Shown: positions 12,082 through 21,850 of the stretch, in pieces
Numbering within the stretch: position 1 is the stretch's first letter
How the letters are laid out: every line of letters begins with the position of its first letter
Assembly (NCBI GenBank): GCA_000505065.1
Contig: AWSN01000001.1
Coordinates: 385 to 64,384, forward strand
Reading direction: 5' to 3'
Source: Parcubacteria bacterium RAAC4_OD1_1
GTDB taxonomy: Bacteria > Patescibacteriota > Minisyncoccia > Phycocordibacterales > UBA9973
Length of the DNA: 64,000 nucleotides
Made by a program: the position numbers and the translations under genes
The notes under the pieces: model-generated
Seen by the model: the letters and a program-made list of their open reading frames with translations, nothing else
Database searches by the model: none
What the model was told of the DNA's origin: nothing

Positions 12082-12194
12082 AGGAAATTTGGAAATATTA
12101 TATTTGCGTCCGTCGCCCGACAATTTATTTGTTTAGGGTTATAGCATTCAGTTTTCAGGTATTATCAAATACTTGGATGTAAATTCCATTATTG

Positions 12195-12307
12195 TGTCTT
12201 GGTGATTCGTCGCAGTGGCCACACCTCTTTCCATTCCGAACAGAGAAGTTAAGCACTGTAGAGCTGATGATACTCAATTTAGGGGAAAGTAAGCAGTCGC
12301 CAGGACA
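12195..12307 (+). rRNA. rrf: 5S rRNA
   Basis: ccattccgaac...gaagttaagc motif; terminal stem tgtcttgg/ccaggaca. Confidence 0.92.
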
Positions 12308-12340
12308 GAGTAATGGAATTTTTTTATTGAATAAAAATAA

Positions 12341-12385
12341 CAAAACCCCATACTTGGGAGCTCAGCTCCCAAGTATGGGGTTTTG
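12341..12385. repeat. REP-like palindrome (family A core) at the end of the rRNA transcript
   Basis: caaaaccccatacttgggagct-c-agctcccaagtatggggttttg; same core as the palindromes around the transposase at 32865. Confidence 0.85.
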
Positions 12386-12436
12386 ACTTTTGTATTTTAT
12401 GGGTATATAAAGTAGATAAATTTAAAATATATTACC

Positions 12437-13009
12437 ATGAAAACATTTGCTATTTTAGGAGCAATTGTTTCTCTAATTGGAGATATTTTATTATTGAAAT
12501 TATTATTAAAAAAAAGATACATAGATCAGAGTTTTCTAACTTTTCTTCTTTGGGGATTTATGGATGGTATAACATCTATAATAATATTTAGAGAAAATGG
12601 AAATTTTTTATTACCATTTAGTTGTTCTCTGGGGTCGTTTGTAATTTCTTATTTTCTTTTATCAAAAGATAGTTTTTCTTTTGGCAAAGAAGAATATTTT
12701 ATATTGGTCTTATCTTTCTTGTTTATTTTTATTTGGTTTACTTTTGGAGGAATTGCAGGAATAATTGCTTCATCTTTAGCTTTATTTTTAGCTAGTATTC
12801 TTCAGATAAAAAAATCTTGGAAAAACCCTAGATCAACTCCAACTTCTGTTTATATTATTTTTCTTTTTTCCACAATATTGTCATATTTGGGTGGAGGAGA
12901 GGATTTTATAAAAGAAAGATTATATTCAGTTGTTGCTTTTTTAATAATATTTTTAATAATAATTTCTTCTCAGAAGAGAAATATTGCTAAGTTTATTGGG
13001 GACTTATAA
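12437..13009 (+). CDS. Multi-pass membrane protein of unknown function
   Basis: About 6-7 hydrophobic segments. Confidence 0.65.
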   Translation: MKTFAILGAIVSLIGDILLLKLLLKKRYIDQSFLTFLLWGFMDGITSIIIFRENGNFLLPFSCSLGSFVISYFLLSKDSFSFGKEEYFILVLSFLFIFIWFTFGGIAGIIASSLALFLASILQIKKSWKNPRSTPTSVYIIFLFSTILSYLGGGEDFIKERLYSVVAFLIIFLIIISSQKRNIAKFIGDL

Positions 13010-13067
13010 ATCCGTTCTTGTGAAAATGAGGCGGATTTTTGTTTATTTATGTGATATAATAATTATT

Positions 13068-13844
13068 ATGTCATGGGCAAGCAAAAGAAAAACTTTATAT
13101 GTGAGTATTGTTTTGGGTATTATAATAATAATAATTTTTGCCTTTATTTATCCTGTTATATTTAAAGAGCCAACTTGTCGTGATGGAAAACAAAATGGAA
13201 GTGAGACGGGGATAGATTGTGGAGGTGCTTGTTCTTTGGTTTGCAAAGAAGAATCAAGAGATCCTGTCGTTTTGTGGAGTAGGGCTTTTCCTGTAATAGA
13301 TGGAAATTATAATTTTGTTGCTTTAGTTGAGAATAAAAATAGGGATGCATCTCTTATGGAGGTTTCTTATGAATTTAAAGCTTATGATTCTTCTAATAAA
13401 TTTATAGGAAGAAGAGAAGGGAAAACTTTTCTCCCACCTAATGAACGTTTTGCTATTTTTGAGCCGAGATTTAAGGCTCTCGATGGAGAGATTAAAACTG
13501 TTTCTTTTGAGTTTGTACCTCCTTATGTTTGGTTTAAAAAAGAACCCAAGATACAGTCTTTACCTATAAAGGTTGATAATATAACTCTTGAAAACGAATC
13601 AATTTCTCCACTTTTGCGTGCTCGAGTGGTCAATGATTCTAATTACGATTTACCTTCTTTTTCTGTTGTTGCTATAGTTTATAATATAGATGGCAATGCT
13701 ATCAACGTATCTAAAACTGTTAAAAATGGAATAAAAAGTGGGGAAAGTATAGAAGTTTATTTTACTTGGCCCGTACCTTTTTTAGAAACGGTAGTTTCAT
13801 TTGATGTTTTACCTTTGTTTGATCCTTTCACCTTACCTTTTTAA
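13068..13844 (+). CDS. Membrane-anchored hypothetical protein with a Cys-rich motif
   Basis: TM helix then TCRDGKQNGSETGIDCGGAC; TATAAT 7 nt before the ATG at 13068. Confidence 0.7.
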   Translation: MSWASKRKTLYVSIVLGIIIIIIFAFIYPVIFKEPTCRDGKQNGSETGIDCGGACSLVCKEESRDPVVLWSRAFPVIDGNYNFVALVENKNRDASLMEVSYEFKAYDSSNKFIGRREGKTFLPPNERFAIFEPRFKALDGEIKTVSFEFVPPYVWFKKEPKIQSLPIKVDNITLENESISPLLRARVVNDSNYDLPSFSVVAIVYNIDGNAINVSKTVKNGIKSGESIEVYFTWPVPFLETVVSFDVLPLFDPFTLPF

Positions 13845-13848
13845 TAGA

Positions 13849-14988
13849 ATGATTCAAAATAAAAATATTTTTAATAAAATTTCATCAGGAATAGATTGGC
13901 CTCTTATTATTTTTATAGCTCCAGTTTTAGTTTTTGGGCTTATTACAATGAATTCTTTTACTGGGGAGTCTTTACTTTTTAATCATCAGCTTATCTGGAT
14001 AGGGATATCTTTTATAGTTTTATTTTTTCTTTCTTTTTTTGATTTTAGATTTTTAAAAAGGACAGATGTTTTGGTTTCTTTATTTTTATTCTTTTCTTTT
14101 CTTTTAATACTTTTATTTTTTATAGGGCATATAGCTAAAGGTGCTCAATCCTGGTTTTCTTTTGGTGGATTTTCTTTTCAACCATCAGATATGATGAAGC
14201 TTGTCGTAATTCTTATGCTTGCTAAATACTTTTCTCGTAGGCATGTAGAGATAGAGAACTTCAAACATCTTTTTATATCAGGTCTTTATGCTTTCATACC
14301 ATTTCTGTTGGTTTTTCTACAACCAGATTTTGGTGGAGCGATAATTATTTTTCTAATTTGGTTTGGGATGATACTTGTTTCTGGTGTATCTAGAAAACAT
14401 CTTTTAGTTATTTTAAGTATTTTACTTATTTCTTTTGGTTTACTTTGGGGTTTTGTTTTTAAGTCTTATCAAAAGGCTAGAATTATAAGTTTTATTAATC
14501 CAATGTCTGATCTGCAGGGTTCGGGGTATAATGTATATCAGTCTACTATTGCTGTCGGAAGTGGACAGGTGTTTGGGAAGGGAGTAGGATTTGGGACACA
14601 GTCTAGATTGCAATTTTTACCAGAGTATGAGACAGATTTTATTTTTGCAGCATTCTCTGAAGAGTGGGGGTTTGTTGGTGTGATAATTTTATTTATCTTA
14701 CTTGGACTTATTGTATGGAGAATACTACATATATCAACACTTGGAACTTCAAATTTTGAAATTTTGTATGGGGCAGGATTAGCTATTTACCTTATGAGTC
14801 ATTTTATTATTAACATAGGGATGAACATAGGGCTTATGCCTGTCACGGGTATAACCTTACCATTTATGAGCTATGGGGGGTCGCACTTACTGACAGAATT
14901 CATAGGAATTGGTATATTGATGGGTATGAGTAGATATAAGAGAGTAGCTCATAAAGATGATATGAGAAACGAATTTTTAGGAATATAG
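13849..14988 (+). CDS. rodA: Rod shape-determining SEDS protein RodA
   Basis: GAQSWF, FQPSD, LQPDFG, LPEYETDFIF and GITLPFMSYGGS motifs. Confidence 0.88.
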   Translation: MIQNKNIFNKISSGIDWPLIIFIAPVLVFGLITMNSFTGESLLFNHQLIWIGISFIVLFFLSFFDFRFLKRTDVLVSLFLFFSFLLILLFFIGHIAKGAQSWFSFGGFSFQPSDMMKLVVILMLAKYFSRRHVEIENFKHLFISGLYAFIPFLLVFLQPDFGGAIIIFLIWFGMILVSGVSRKHLLVILSILLISFGLLWGFVFKSYQKARIISFINPMSDLQGSGYNVYQSTIAVGSGQVFGKGVGFGTQSRLQFLPEYETDFIFAAFSEEWGFVGVIILFILLGLIVWRILHISTLGTSNFEILYGAGLAIYLMSHFIINIGMNIGLMPVTGITLPFMSYGGSHLLTEFIGIGILMGMSRYKRVAHKDDMRNEFLGI

Positions 14989-14994
14989 TTGATA

Positions 14995-15059
14995 TTTCCA
15001 TAGGTCCGACCTATGGACAAAGTTTTAAAATAAAAGCCCATAGGTCGGACCTATGGAAA
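14995..15059. repeat. REP-like doublet (family C core AGGTC-S-GACCT) in inverted orientation
   Basis: tttccataggtccgacctatgg at 14995-15016 is the exact reverse complement of 15038-15059. Confidence 0.8.
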
Positions 15060-15098
15060 CAAATAAAAATTCTCAAAGTAAGGCTTTGGGAAAATAAT

Positions 15099-15929
15099 AT
15101 GCAAATTATTGATGGACGAAAAATTAGAGATGAGATTTTAGAAGACTTAAAAAAAGAAGTTGAAGAGCTTTCTTTTATGCCAATTTTCTGTGATATTTTA
15201 GTAGGGAGCGATTCAGTTTCAGCGTCTTATGTTCGTATAAAAGCAAAGACTGCTGAATCTATTGGTATAAAATTTAGAACCGCAGAATTTGATGAGAATA
15301 TAACCACTGAAGAGCTTATTGCTGAGATAGAGAATCTAAATAAAGTTCCTTATATGTGTGGAATTATTGTTCAGCTTCCTCTTCCTTATCATATAGATAG
15401 AGAAAGAGTTTTAAATGCCATTGATCCTAATTTAGATGTGGATTGTTTAGGAGAAATCGCCAACAATAAATTTTATAATGGGGAAGATGTGATGGGGTAC
15501 CCCACAGCGCTTTCTTGTATGCATATACTTGATAATTTAAATTTAGATTTAAAAGAAAAAAATATTTTAGTTTTAGGACAAGGAAAATTAGTTGGTCTTC
15601 CAGTCTCATATCTTTTAAAAGAAAGAAGTTTGAATGTGAATGTTGTAAATAGTAAAACCGAAAATACAGAAGAATTAATTAAAAATGCAGATATTATAAT
15701 TTCTGCTATTGGGCAAGGTGGTTATATAAAAGGTGATATGATTAAAAAAGATGTGATTATAGTAGATGCAGGGACTTCTGAAGACAATGGCTCTGTGGTG
15801 GGGGATGTGGATTTTCCATCTGTTTCTCTTTATGCATCTCATATTACTCCTACTCCTGGTGGAGTGGGGCCTATTACAGTTGCAATGCTCCTTAGGAATG
15901 TATTACAAGTAGCAAAGAATAAAAAATAA
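15099..15929 (+). CDS. folD: Methylenetetrahydrofolate dehydrogenase/cyclohydrolase
   Basis: GIIVQLPLP, DVD, GDVDF, ITPTPGGVGPITVAML. Confidence 0.95.
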   Translation: MQIIDGRKIRDEILEDLKKEVEELSFMPIFCDILVGSDSVSASYVRIKAKTAESIGIKFRTAEFDENITTEELIAEIENLNKVPYMCGIIVQLPLPYHIDRERVLNAIDPNLDVDCLGEIANNKFYNGEDVMGYPTALSCMHILDNLNLDLKEKNILVLGQGKLVGLPVSYLLKERSLNVNVVNSKTENTEELIKNADIIISAIGQGGYIKGDMIKKDVIIVDAGTSEDNGSVVGDVDFPSVSLYASHITPTPGGVGPITVAMLLRNVLQVAKNKK

Positions 15930-15931
15930 TT

Positions 15932-16456
15932 ATGAATAATGATATATTTTTTTTATTATATAATTTATCTCACAAAAATTATTTTTTAGATAAATTTTTT
16001 ATTTTTTGTGCAGAATATTTTATCTTTGTGGTTGTTATTTTTTTGTTTTTATTTATTTTTATAAAACATAAAAATAATATTAGAAATGGTTTAAAAAAGA
16101 TTATTTTTATAATATCTCCAGCTGCAATAGGGTGGGCATTTACTGATGTACTTAAGAGTATTTTTGATACACCAAGACCATTTATGGTTTTTGAAGAAGT
16201 TAAACCAATATTTTTACATGGGGGATTGGATTCTTTTCCATCTGGACACTCCACTTTTATGGCAGCGCTTTCTTTGTCGGTATTTTATTTTAATAAAAAA
16301 ATAGGAATTACATTTTTTATAGCAACTTTAATTATTGGTATTTCGAGAATTATCTCAGGGGTTCATTTCCCGATCGATATAATAGGAGGATTTTTTATAG
16401 GAATTATATTTACATTTATTTTTGAAGAAGCATTTAAAAACAGAAATAAGTTTTAA
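15932..16456 (+). CDS. PAP2-family phosphatase (undecaprenyl-diphosphatase-like)
   Basis: K..RP, SFPSGH and SRIISGVHFPID motifs. Confidence 0.9.
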   Translation: MNNDIFFLLYNLSHKNYFLDKFFIFCAEYFIFVVVIFLFLFIFIKHKNNIRNGLKKIIFIISPAAIGWAFTDVLKSIFDTPRPFMVFEEVKPIFLHGGLDSFPSGHSTFMAALSLSVFYFNKKIGITFFIATLIIGISRIISGVHFPIDIIGGFFIGIIFTFIFEEAFKNRNKF

Positions 16457-16471
16457 TTTTTTGGGATAATA

Positions 16472-16507
16472 TAAAACCCCGCGAATGTAATCGTTCGCGG
16501 GGTTTTA
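16472..16507. terminator. Bidirectional terminator hairpin
   Basis: taaaaccccgcgaa...ttcgcggggtttta. Confidence 0.75.
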
Positions 16508-16614
16508 GGAGATTATTTTTATTTATAAGTATATTATACCATATTTATTAGTAAAAATCAATATATAGATTTTTAATTGATTTTTAATGGAAAAAGGGCT
16601 AAAATAGGCCTATT

Positions 16615-18030
16615 ATGTGGAAAATAAGAATTAAAGCTTTGGTTATATTAATAATTGGTGTCGGTATCGGTTTATTCGTTTATCAATCAGAAATGAGTAG
16701 TAAGATACTTACTTCTAGTAAAGAAAGTGGAGAAGTTGTAACTGATCCTTTTAAATGGACTGCGAGATTTCCATTTAAATTAGGACTTGATCTTTCAGGT
16801 GGGACACATTTGGTGTATAAAGCAGATGTATCACAGATAGAACAATCAGGAATAGCTGATTCTATGAGTGCACTTCGTGATGTTATTGAACGCAGGGTTA
16901 ATGCTTTTGGTGTCGGAGAGCCTAGTATTCAAATTCAAAATAGTGGATTTTCAAATCAAGGAGAAGAGCGTCTTATTGTTGATCTTCCTGGGGTGACTGA
17001 TGTTTCAAAAGCCATAGAAATGATTGGTCAAACTCCAATGCTTGAATTTCGTACAGAAAATCCAAATACAGATATTGTCACTCAGAACGTTAAGGTTGAT
17101 GAAAACGGTAATGCTTTTATTGATTCAAATATACAATATCTTAGCACAGAGCTTACAGGGAAATATCTTGATAAGGCATTACTTGAATTTGATCCTACAA
17201 CAGGAGAGCCTATAGTTTCTCTTATTTTTGATAGTGAAGGTTCAAAGTTGTTTGAAAAAATAACAAGTGAAAATGTCGGCAAAACAGTTGCAATATTTTT
17301 AGATGGACAAGTTATTTCTGCTCCTGTAGTCAATGAATCAATCTCTGGAGGGCGCGCTCAGATATCTGGAAACTTTACTCCAATAGAAGCAAAAACTTTA
17401 GTAGGAAGGCTTAATTCGGGAGCACTTCCAGTACCTATTTCACTCATTTCAACAGAAACAATTGGACCATCTTTAGGTGGAGAAGCTACGGAAGCTGGAG
17501 TAAAAGCAGTAATTATTGGATTTCTTGCTATAGCAATATTTTTAGTATTTTGGTATAGATTACCAGGATTGGTTGCTATTATTGCACTTTCTATGTATGT
17601 AATTGCAATGCTTGCAATATTTAAACTTGTTCCTGTCACATTGACGGCTGCCGGAATTGCTGGATTTATTATTTCTATCGGTATTGCTGTTGATGCAAAT
17701 GTTCTTATCTTTGAACGTATCAAAGAAGAGCTTCGTAGTGGAGATGGAGTTGGGGATTCAATTCATCATGGATTCAAGCGTGCATGGCTTTCAGTTAGAG
17801 ATTCAAACATCTCAAGTATTATCACAGCTATAATTCTTTACTGGTTTGGAACTTCTCTTATAAAAGGATTCGCTCTCGTTTTCTTGATTGGAGTAATCGC
17901 TTCTCTTGTTTCTGCTGTTTCTGTCACAAGATTATTTCTTTATGCTCTTGATATCAAAAAGAAAAACAAATTTACAGAATTTATTTTCGGGTCGGGTTTT
18001 AGTAATGCTAAACAAGTTATTAAAGCCTAG
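16615..18030 (+). CDS. secD: Protein translocase subunit SecD
   Basis: KLGLDLSGG, IERRVNAFGVGEP, SGALP, AVDANVLIFERIKEE. Confidence 0.97.
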   Translation: MWKIRIKALVILIIGVGIGLFVYQSEMSSKILTSSKESGEVVTDPFKWTARFPFKLGLDLSGGTHLVYKADVSQIEQSGIADSMSALRDVIERRVNAFGVGEPSIQIQNSGFSNQGEERLIVDLPGVTDVSKAIEMIGQTPMLEFRTENPNTDIVTQNVKVDENGNAFIDSNIQYLSTELTGKYLDKALLEFDPTTGEPIVSLIFDSEGSKLFEKITSENVGKTVAIFLDGQVISAPVVNESISGGRAQISGNFTPIEAKTLVGRLNSGALPVPISLISTETIGPSLGGEATEAGVKAVIIGFLAIAIFLVFWYRLPGLVAIIALSMYVIAMLAIFKLVPVTLTAAGIAGFIISIGIAVDANVLIFERIKEELRSGDGVGDSIHHGFKRAWLSVRDSNISSIITAIILYWFGTSLIKGFALVFLIGVIASLVSAVSVTRLFLYALDIKKKNKFTEFIFGSGFSNAKQVIKA

Positions 18031-18053
18031 CTTTATAAACTTAACTTAATTAT

Positions 18054-18941
18054 ATGTTTATTGTAAAAAATAAAAAAATATTTGTAATAATCTCTGCTGT
18101 TTTAATTATCCTATCAATCTTTTCTATAAGTTATTTTGGAATAAATTTTGGAATAGATTTTAGGGGAGGTTCACTTCTTGAAATAAAATATGAAGGGATA
18201 AGACCAGACCAAAAATCTGTCGAAGAATCAATAAAAAGTTTATCTTTAGGTGGTGCCATTATTCAGCCAATGGGGGGAGATGGCTATAGTATCAAAATGA
18301 AAGACCTTACAGACGGAGAGAAGAATTTAATTTTAGAATCTTTGGGTAAAGATGCATTAGAAGAAAGTTTTACTTCTATCGGTCCATCTGTTGGAAATGA
18401 GCTTGTTAGGAAATCAATAATTTCTTTTATTCTTGTTGCTTTAGGGATAATCTTTTGGATAGCATTTTCTTTTAGACAAGTTTCAAAACAAGTTTCTTCT
18501 TGGAAGTATGGAGTAATAGCAATCATAGCTCTTATTCATGACACTATTATACCTACTGGAATCTTGGCATTTCTTGGATATTTGAATGGATTTGAAGTTG
18601 ATACTTTATTTGTTGTAGCGATACTTACAATACTTGGACTTTCTGTTTCAGATACTATTGTGGTATTTGATCGTATTAGAGAAAATATTAGAATTGGACA
18701 TTTTAAAACTTTTGAAGAAACAGTAGGGAATAGCTTGAAACAAGTTTATAAAAGATCACTCGCTACTTCTTTTACTGTCATTGTGGCGCTTCTAGCACTT
18801 GTATTTTTTGGTCCAGAAAGCACTAGGATGTTTTCCATAATTCTTGCTATTGGAATGTTTTTTGGGACGTATTCATCTTTGTTTTTGGCAAGTCCACTTT
18901 TAGTGATGTGGAATAATTTTCAGAATAAAAATAATAAATAA
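18054..18941 (+). CDS. secF: Protein translocase subunit SecF
   Basis: GIDFRGG, IGPSVG, DTIVVFDRIRE, GTYSS. Confidence 0.97.
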   Translation: MFIVKNKKIFVIISAVLIILSIFSISYFGINFGIDFRGGSLLEIKYEGIRPDQKSVEESIKSLSLGGAIIQPMGGDGYSIKMKDLTDGEKNLILESLGKDALEESFTSIGPSVGNELVRKSIISFILVALGIIFWIAFSFRQVSKQVSSWKYGVIAIIALIHDTIIPTGILAFLGYLNGFEVDTLFVVAILTILGLSVSDTIVVFDRIRENIRIGHFKTFEETVGNSLKQVYKRSLATSFTVIVALLALVFFGPESTRMFSIILAIGMFFGTYSSLFLASPLLVMWNNFQNKNNK

Positions 18942-18961
18942 TAAATTATAAATACGGATAA

Positions 18962-18994
18962 GGTCCCGCCCCAGCCTTTGGCTGGGGCGGGACC
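18962..18994. repeat. GC-rich palindrome (terminator or REP-like)
   Basis: ggtcccgccccagcc-ttt-ggctggggcgggacc. Confidence 0.65.
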
Positions 18995-19055
18995 CTGTGT
19001 TATAATGGATATATAATATTTAAAGTCGTTTTATTAATTTAATTTTTGAAAATTT

Positions 19056-19622
19056 ATGATAGTTTTATATATAATTTTAGGTGTTATAGTTTTACTTGGA
19101 TTTTATTTGGTTGCTAAATATAATGGTTTTATTACTCTTAGAAATCGTACAGAGGAAGCTTGGGCAGATATTGATGTACAGCTTAAGCGTCGTTATGATC
19201 TTATTCCAAATCTTGTAAATACAGTTAAGGGTTATGCATCACACGAGAGTAGCGTTTTTGAAAAGGTAACAGAAGCTCGCGCTAACTCAATTAATGCTGA
19301 AGGAAAAGGAGATAAAGCAGGTATCGCACAAGCAGAGAATATGCTCTCTGGAGCGCTCAAATCTTTGTTTGCTATTGCAGAAGCTTACCCAGATTTAAAA
19401 GCCAATACAAACTTCCTAGAGCTTCAAAAAGAGCTTGCTGATACAGAGAATAAAATAATGGCTTCACGTAGATTTTACAATGGTAATGTCCGTGATTTTA
19501 ACACTGGTGTTCAAATGTTCCCAGCAAGTATCGTAGCTTCTATGTTTAATTTTAAAGCATTAGAATTCTTTGAACTTGAACAAGACGATATTGCAAAAAA
19601 TCCAGTTGAAGTTAAGTTTTAA
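19056..19622 (+). CDS. lemA: LemA family protein
   Basis: WADIDVQLKRRYDLIPNLV, EAYPDLKAN. Confidence 0.95.
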   Translation: MIVLYIILGVIVLLGFYLVAKYNGFITLRNRTEEAWADIDVQLKRRYDLIPNLVNTVKGYASHESSVFEKVTEARANSINAEGKGDKAGIAQAENMLSGALKSLFAIAEAYPDLKANTNFLELQKELADTENKIMASRRFYNGNVRDFNTGVQMFPASIVASMFNFKALEFFELEQDDIAKNPVEVKF

Positions 19623-19624
19623 AT

Positions 19625-20518
19625 ATGGCGACACTTTATACACATCAAGGACAAAATGTTAGAAAAACATGGTTACTTATGACTACGTTTTTCATCATAG
19701 TTATTGCAATAGGATTTATTTTTGCAAGGATTTATGATAATGCAAGTATCCTTGTTTTCTTTGTTATCTTTTCTGTTTTGATGAATATTATAAGTTATTG
19801 GTATTCTGACAAGATTGCACTTTCTTTAGCTAAAGCTCATCCTGTGACTCGAGAAAAATATTTTGATTTATATAATCTAGTAGAAAATTTATCTATCACA
19901 GCAGGGCTTCCGATGCCTAAGATATATGTGATAGAGGATTCTTCTCCAAATGCTTTTGCAACAGGGAGAAATAAAGATCATGCAGTGGTGGCTGTGACAA
20001 CAGGACTTTTGGCAATTCTTAATAAAACAGAATTGGAAGGTGTGATTGCTCACGAGCTTGCTCATATAGGGAATAAAGATATGCTTGTTTCTACTGTGGC
20101 AGTTGTTTTGGCGGGGTTTGTCTCTATTATATCTGATATGCTTATTCGCGGGGCGATATTTGGTGGAGGAGATAATGATAATCGTGGTAATGGAATTATC
20201 GCTATTGTGGGGATTTTAGTTGCTATACTTGCACCTATTTTTGCGACTTTAATTCAATTTGCAATTTCAAGAAAAAGAGAATATTTGGCTGATGCAACAG
20301 GAGCTTTGCTTACGCGCTACCCAGAAGGACTAGCTTCTGCACTTGAGAAGATATCTTTAAATGCAAGACCTATGAGAGTCCAGTCAGGTGCAATAGCTCA
20401 TCTTTATATTTCTAACCCAAAAGGGGATGGAGCTTTTGCTAAAAAAGTTGGTCATTTATTTTCTACACATCCTCCTGTTCTAGATAGAATAAATAAATTA
20501 AGAGGAAGTTTAAGCTAA
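19625..20518 (+). CDS. htpX: Zinc metalloprotease HtpX (M48)
   Basis: PNAFATGR, AHELAH, SRKREYLAD, STHPP. Confidence 0.95.
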   Translation: MATLYTHQGQNVRKTWLLMTTFFIIVIAIGFIFARIYDNASILVFFVIFSVLMNIISYWYSDKIALSLAKAHPVTREKYFDLYNLVENLSITAGLPMPKIYVIEDSSPNAFATGRNKDHAVVAVTTGLLAILNKTELEGVIAHELAHIGNKDMLVSTVAVVLAGFVSIISDMLIRGAIFGGGDNDNRGNGIIAIVGILVAILAPIFATLIQFAISRKREYLADATGALLTRYPEGLASALEKISLNARPMRVQSGAIAHLYISNPKGDGAFAKKVGHLFSTHPPVLDRINKLRGSLS

Positions 20519-20627
20519 TTTTGCTTTTCTTTAAATTTCTAGTATTATAGGACCCAGATGTTCTTCGTATATTCTAATATCAATTTATTGATATTAGATC
20601 AATATTACCTTCTTTTTGGAAGGTATT

Positions 20628-20714
20628 GGAGAGGTGCGTGAGTGGTTTAAACGGCAGTCCTGGAAAGACTGTGTATGAGAAATCGTACCGGGAGTTCGAA
20701 TCTCCCCCTCTCCG
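20628..20714 (+). tRNA. tRNA-Ser(GGA), CCA not encoded
   Basis: Acceptor ggagagg/cctctcc, anticodon arm cagtc-ctGGAaa-gactg, long variable arm, gttcgaa T loop. Confidence 0.93.
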
Positions 20715-20785
20715 CAGAGTCGTGCTAGCACGAGATACCTAGAAAATAGCTCCTTGAAAGGGCTATTTTTTGTTATAATAAAAAT

Positions 20786-21850
20786 ATGAATTCAGAAGTA
20801 AAAAACGATTATATCGAAAAAGCCTTAAATGAACTTATTACCGAAATTGGAGTAAAAGATTTTGCAGATGAAGATAAATTAGTTTATCTTATTGAATATA
20901 AAAAAGTAAAAGAAGCAATAAAAGAAATTGCTTTGTATTTGGGATTACCTATTGAAGTAAAAATTTCTTATGTCCCAAAAGGATATCGTCCAACAGGTAA
21001 TGATGGTTTTTCTAGTACACATCTTGTAAAAACAGATAATTACAATAGAGGTGTCGGTGGAATAACAGCACAAGTTTCTATTCCATCAAATTTACCTTTT
21101 TATGGAACACCTAGTATGGTCAACTTTCCTATAAATGTTAAATTAAGTGAAAATTGTGCAGAAAACCCAAAAACTCTCATATCTATAATGGCGCACGAAT
21201 TATCTCACATCGTATTAAATTCAATGTGGCATAAAGAAAAAGAAAATGAATTTTATACAGATCTAACAGCAATGATTTTAGGATTCGCAAAGATAATGAA
21301 AACTGGCAGAAAAGTTGTTAAAACGACCCAAGTTTTAAATACTATACACACAGAAACTACAACTTATGGATATCTTTCAGATGATAATTTTAAATATGCA
21401 TTTGATAAAATAAAATTAATATTGAAAAAGCAAAAAGCTGAAGTAAGATCATTAAAAAGAGATGCTGATAAATTTAGTTTAAAATTGAAGGAAGCAAAAA
21501 AGTATTCTCAATATTTTAATAAATATCTAGAGTATTTAGGTAAAAATCCTAGTAATAAAATTTCACAAGAAGATGGACAAAAAATAAGTTCATTTTATCA
21601 GCATGACTATACTGGAAATTTTCAATCATTTATTAATAATAATGATCTTTTAGTCAAAGACGTATTAAAATATTCAGAAAATATTAAAACTTATTCAGAC
21701 AGGAGTATTGAAATGGTTAAAAAATACAAAAGACAAATTGAGTCTTCGTTTTTAGAATTAAATAAACAAAAGCTTTTAATTAAAAAAGATGTTGACTTAT
21801 TAGGTAAGTATATTGGATTTTTTGGTAAAATAAAATTATATTTTAAATGA
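20786..21850 (+). CDS. HExxH zinc-metallopeptidase-like protein with a C-terminal helical/coiled-coil region
   Basis: MAHELSH followed by ENEFYTDLTAMILGF and GYLS. Confidence 0.6.
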   Translation: MNSEVKNDYIEKALNELITEIGVKDFADEDKLVYLIEYKKVKEAIKEIALYLGLPIEVKISYVPKGYRPTGNDGFSSTHLVKTDNYNRGVGGITAQVSIPSNLPFYGTPSMVNFPINVKLSENCAENPKTLISIMAHELSHIVLNSMWHKEKENEFYTDLTAMILGFAKIMKTGRKVVKTTQVLNTIHTETTTYGYLSDDNFKYAFDKIKLILKKQKAEVRSLKRDADKFSLKLKEAKKYSQYFNKYLEYLGKNPSNKISQEDGQKISSFYQHDYTGNFQSFINNNDLLVKDVLKYSENIKTYSDRSIEMVKKYKRQIESSFLELNKQKLLIKKDVDLLGKYIGFFGKIKLYFK

